From an uncultured virus (IMG/VR IMGVR_UViG_3300009688_000445) (taxonomy: Duplodnaviria > Heunggongvirae > Uroviricota > Caudoviricetes), in the IMG/VR virus record IMGVR_UViG_3300009688_000445: a stretch of 64,000 bases of DNA; one strand, 5' to 3'. The position numbers were made by a program, and so were the translations under genes. Under the pieces are notes generated by a model. The model did no database searches, had not been told where the DNA came from, and was given only the letters and a program-made list of their open reading frames with translations. Below are positions 60,953 to 64,000 of this stretch, piece after piece. Positions within the stretch are counted from its first letter, which is position 1. Every line of letters begins with the position of its first letter.

Positions 60953-61567
60953 ATGAATTCTAATGTAGAAACATTATATGTAGAATATACGCAAGAAAAA
61001 AATACTTTTAAGAAAGAAAGAATTCTAGGTAAAATATTTAAATGTTATGAACCTTTATCTAATAAACTTTCTTATAAATATTCCAGGATTTTCCCATCAT
61101 ATGAAGCAGAGGATTGGAAAATCTTGGTAAATCTAGGAATATGGGAAGGAGTTAATAAAACTCCTACTAAAGAATTAGTTAGAAAATATATCTACTTTAG
61201 AATAAAGCATCAAATTGCAAAAGAAATACAACTTATAACAGCTAGAAAGCAAACTTATTTTCATGAGGTAGAATTAGATTCTGTTATTATTTGTCCAGAA
61301 AATTCTGAAGAAACTCGTAAGATTACTAAATTAGATATAGAAGCTGCTATAAATAAATTACCAGATAAAACAAAACAGATTATTAAATTATGGATGGATG
61401 ATGTTCCAGTATGTCCTGATTCAGCCAAATCATCTTTAATGCAAGCATCAATATGTGATGAAGTTAATCTTTCTTTTCCAGCAGTTTACTTTAGATTAGA
61501 AAGAGCATTTGAATTGTTGTATTGTTATCTATCAGATTATAAGGAAAGTATTTATGAGGAATGGTAG
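60953..61567 (+). CDS. Phage sigma-70-family factor
   Basis: Region-2-like ED..LGIWE..YIYFRI and region-4-like AINKLPDK..ICDEVNLSFPAVYFRL. Confidence 0.65.
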   Translation: MNSNVETLYVEYTQEKNTFKKERILGKIFKCYEPLSNKLSYKYSRIFPSYEAEDWKILVNLGIWEGVNKTPTKELVRKYIYFRIKHQIAKEIQLITARKQTYFHEVELDSVIICPENSEETRKITKLDIEAAINKLPDKTKQIIKLWMDDVPVCPDSAKSSLMQASICDEVNLSFPAVYFRLERAFELLYCYLSDYKESIYEEW

Positions 61568-61766
61568 AAATATTTGTATCTATATGTCTGATTATAACCT
61601 TTATTGTTCTTTAGATAAAGAGGTTAGAGAACTATATTATAAAAAATATGGTCAAGCTCTTTCCAAAAGCGAAGTGATTAATAAAGGATTAGCAGTTTTA
61701 AAAGATACATTAACTAAATCAGAAAATCTTTCTGAGCTACCCAAATATAGCAGGATATTCAAGTGA
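61554..61766 (+). CDS. Small ribbon-helix-helix-like protein
   Basis: ICIYM strand followed by a helix and LSKSEVINKGL. Confidence 0.45.
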   Translation: MRNGRNICIYMSDYNLYCSLDKEVRELYYKKYGQALSKSEVINKGLAVLKDTLTKSENLSELPKYSRIFK

Positions 61767-64000
61767 TAATTTCAGATAAAATATATATTCCATTATGTAA
61801 GTTAGGTGCTAAAGCAAATGATTTAGCTAAGATTTTTACCTATCAAAATCCAGAATATTTTGAAAAATCTAAAATGGGTTTTAGCACCACAAAATGCAGT
61901 CCTTTTCTTGCACATTATGCTTTTCAAGAATCCGAAACAAAGGAAAAATGCATAGTAGTACCTAGAGGTGCTATTAAGAAAGTTAAAACTTTTCTAGAAA
62001 AGAATAATATATCCTTACGCCACTTAGATAACAGAAATGAAGGTAAAGATATAGATATCGAGTTAACAGACACAAGATTAGAACCCCAGCAGTTAGAAAT
62101 CATAGAGCTTTTAAAAGCTAATGAGGGTGGATTGATAGAAATGCTACCGGGCGGTGGGAAGACAATTGCTGCTTTGGGTTTTATCTCAAAAGTAAAAAAA
62201 TCTACTCTTATTCTAGTACATGAACATAGACTTAGAACACAATGGGAAGAAGAAATTAAAAGAAGACTTCAAGGAGATTTTACTTTAGGAAGATTAGATG
62301 GTGACGAGAAACGGGAAGGTGATATAACAATCGGAATTATTAATTCCGTTTATCTGATGTATAAAGAAAATAAAGATATCTTTTCAAAATATGGTGTAGT
62401 TATAGTCGATGAATGCTTTCCTTGGTATTCTAAAGTATTAACTAATTCTGGATATAAAAATATTAAAGATGTACAAAAAGGAGATATTGTTCTAACTACG
62501 AATGAGACTACTAAAGAATTAGAATGGAAATCTGTAGTTAACAATATACAAAAAAAATCAAGAAAAAATCTTATAAGTATAAAACTTAATAATGGTAAAA
62601 GTATTGTTTGTACAGAAGATCATAACATATATACTACTAAAGGATGGATATCAGCTAAAAATCTTGTATTAAATGATGAACTTATTACTGTGGATACTAT
62701 TATTTATGGAAGAACTATCGAGAAGAAAAAAGAAAAACAAAGTGATTGCAATTATTCCCTGTTACATTTGTGGAAAAGATGTGGAAATATTATCTGGAAC
62801 TCAAACAAAGGAAACTTACAGACTGACAGGAAGAGCATATTGTTCAAGGGAATGTTCAAAAGCTTATGTCAGAAAAACGAGCAGCGAGACAATGACAAGA
62901 ACAAATTTGAAATATCGAGATATTATTGTCAAAAGAATGTTGGAAAACAATCCTTCAAAGGATCCAGAGATAGCAAAAAAAGCTGTACAAAAAAATCGAG
63001 AAAATGGTACTTACGATTTAAATTGTTTCGAACATTGCGGAAATGGGCGGGCATGTTCAAAAGAACATCAATCTTTATTAGATTCTCTGAATTTCATACA
63101 AGATATTTGGATAAAAGAATGTCCAGTTCCTACCAAAATGGGAAGAACTTCAGGATATCCAACTTGTTACAAATTGGATATTGGTTGCAAAGAATTAAAA
63201 ATTGGAATAGAAGTAGATGGGGATACTCATTTAAACAAACAACAGATACAATTAGACAAAAAGAAGGATATATTCTTACAAGGATTGGGGTGGAAAGTAT
63301 TACGCTTTACTCACTCGCAGATTCACGAAAACTTGACATCTTGCGTGGCGAAGATTATGTCTATGATCTTACAATAGAAGATAATCATAACTATTTTGTG
63401 GAAAATATATTAGTACATAATTGCCATCATACACCAGCAAAAATGTTTGAATTAGTAGTAAATAATATACCTGCTAAATATAGAATAGGTTTAACAGGTA
63501 CTGTTAAAAGAAAAGATCAAAAAGAAATATTAATGTTCGATATTTTAGGCCCTGTTCTTATTTCTATAGGAGCAGAGGACTTGAAACATCGTGTTACTTC
63601 TTTTACCTATGAAATAGTAGAGACTAATTGTAAAATAGATGCACCTACAAGAAAACTATGGGCTGATGGTGCAAGAGTAACAAAAGTAGATTATGTTTCT
63701 CTTTTAAGCCTACTGGTTAAAAATCAGCAAAGAAATACTATAATTTTAGAAAAAATTATAGAATCCATAAAAGAAGGATATAAGCCTTTAATATTATCAG
63801 ATAGAGTAGATCATTGTAAATATCTTTATCAATATTTATTAGATTTAGGATATAATGTTGTATTATTAATAGGAGCTACACGCAAGCAATCTAATTGGGA
63901 AGAAATCAGACAAGATAATAGCATACAAGCTATTGTAGCACAGCGAAGCATCGCTGAAGAAGGTCTAGATTACCCTTCTCTATCCGCACTGCATTTAACC
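61763..64000 (+). CDS. SF2 (DExH) helicase, intein-containing, partial (runs off right edge)
   Basis: GTG 61763; PGGGKT, VIVDE|intein|CHH, GLTGT, LSDR, AEEGLDYP; no stop codon to base 64000. Confidence 0.9.
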   Translation, partial: MIISDKIYIPLCKLGAKANDLAKIFTYQNPEYFEKSKMGFSTTKCSPFLAHYAFQESETKEKCIVVPRGAIKKVKTFLEKNNISLRHLDNRNEGKDIDIELTDTRLEPQQLEIIELLKANEGGLIEMLPGGGKTIAALGFISKVKKSTLILVHEHRLRTQWEEEIKRRLQGDFTLGRLDGDEKREGDITIGIINSVYLMYKENKDIFSKYGVVIVDECFPWYSKVLTNSGYKNIKDVQKGDIVLTTNETTKELEWKSVVNNIQKKSRKNLISIKLNNGKSIVCTEDHNIYTTKGWISAKNLVLNDELITVDTIIYGRTIEKKKEKQSDCNYSLLHLWKRCGNIIWNSNKGNLQTDRKSILFKGMFKSLCQKNEQRDNDKNKFEISRYYCQKNVGKQSFKGSRDSKKSCTKKSRKWYLRFKLFRTLRKWAGMFKRTSIFIRFSEFHTRYLDKRMSSSYQNGKNFRISNLLQIGYWLQRIKNWNRSRWGYSFKQTTDTIRQKEGYILTRIGVESITLYSLADSRKLDILRGEDYVYDLTIEDNHNYFVENILVHNCHHTPAKMFELVVNNIPAKYRIGLTGTVKRKDQKEILMFDILGPVLISIGAEDLKHRVTSFTYEIVETNCKIDAPTRKLWADGARVTKVDYVSLLSLLVKNQQRNTIILEKIIESIKEGYKPLILSDRVDHCKYLYQYLLDLGYNVVLLIGATRKQSNWEEIRQDNSIQAIVAQRSIAEEGLDYPSLSALHLT
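62414..63421 (+). mobile_element. Intein (336 aa) inserted in the helicase DECH motif
   Basis: CFPWYSKV..CTEDH..GW..VYDLTIEDNHNYFVENILVHN|C. Confidence 0.95.
62673..63377 (+). CDS. DUF559/Vsr-like homing endonuclease nested in the +1 frame inside the intein
   Basis: CYICG, YCSRECS, NNPSKDPE, YKLDIG..IEVDGDTH..DKKKDIFLQGLGWKVLRF; possible starts at 62673, 62676 or 62706. Confidence 0.85.
   Translation: MMNLLLWILLFMEELSRRKKKNKVIAIIPCYICGKDVEILSGTQTKETYRLTGRAYCSRECSKAYVRKTSSETMTRTNLKYRDIIVKRMLENNPSKDPEIAKKAVQKNRENGTYDLNCFEHCGNGRACSKEHQSLLDSLNFIQDIWIKECPVPTKMGRTSGYPTCYKLDIGCKELKIGIEVDGDTHLNKQQIQLDKKKDIFLQGLGWKVLRFTHSQIHENLTSCVAKIMSMILQ

Noticed and set aside
31437..62544. Short minus-strand or off-frame ORFs in the right arm (e.g. 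38194, 39257, 53659, 58805, 62350)
   Set aside because: Shadow ORFs with no domain signal, unlike 62673..63377.
42744..63421. Both inteins are exactly 1008 nt
   Set aside because: Their sequences and nuclease types differ and I see no mechanism, so this is treated as coincidence.
1..64000. Genome-wide stop-codon reassignment (TAG or TGA)
   Set aside because: TAG ends polA and queF at their normal C-termini, TGA occurs in many ATGA overlaps, and code 11 gives dense coding.
1..64000. tRNA or rRNA genes
   Set aside because: Intergenic gaps are short and AT-rich, and no cloverleaf or T-loop consensus was seen.

Overview
The window is a 64-kb, very AT-rich slice of a large (probably jumbo) tailed bacteriophage genome read in standard code 11 with GGAG-type ribosome binding sites. 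It has two divergent arms that switch strand at about 25.0 kb. The left arm (minus strand) is a head/virion module: portal, prohead protease, scaffold-like protein, decoration protein, HK97-fold major capsid protein, neck-like protein and a fibre-like protein running off the left edge. It also holds a TnpB-like RuvC nuclease and, at the switch, a replication-initiator-like gene followed by four 22-bp palindromic iteron-like repeats. The right arm (plus strand) covers replication, recombination and DNA modification: SbcD/SbcC, SSB, RuvC, UDG-fused PolA with an HNH intein, beta clamp, a 7-deazaguanine pathway (QueD, QueE, QueC, FolE, QueF, DpdA-like TGT, plus a PRTase and a DUF366 protein), RecA, DnaC-like, DnaB, DnaG, a tubulin/FtsZ-like protein, a sigma factor and an SF2 helicase running off the right edge. 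Three things stand out. (1) The helicase intein is dual-coding: its own frame stays open while a complete DUF559/Vsr-type endonuclease is nested in the +1 frame. (2) A second, N-terminally truncated major capsid paralogue sits in the replication arm. (3) The deazaguanine cluster carries extra enzymes that suggest a new preQ1 hypermodification. Several frameshifts and in-frame stops (1.6-4.1 kb and 39.9 kb) may be assembly errors. All family assignments come from motif recognition only; no database searches were run.
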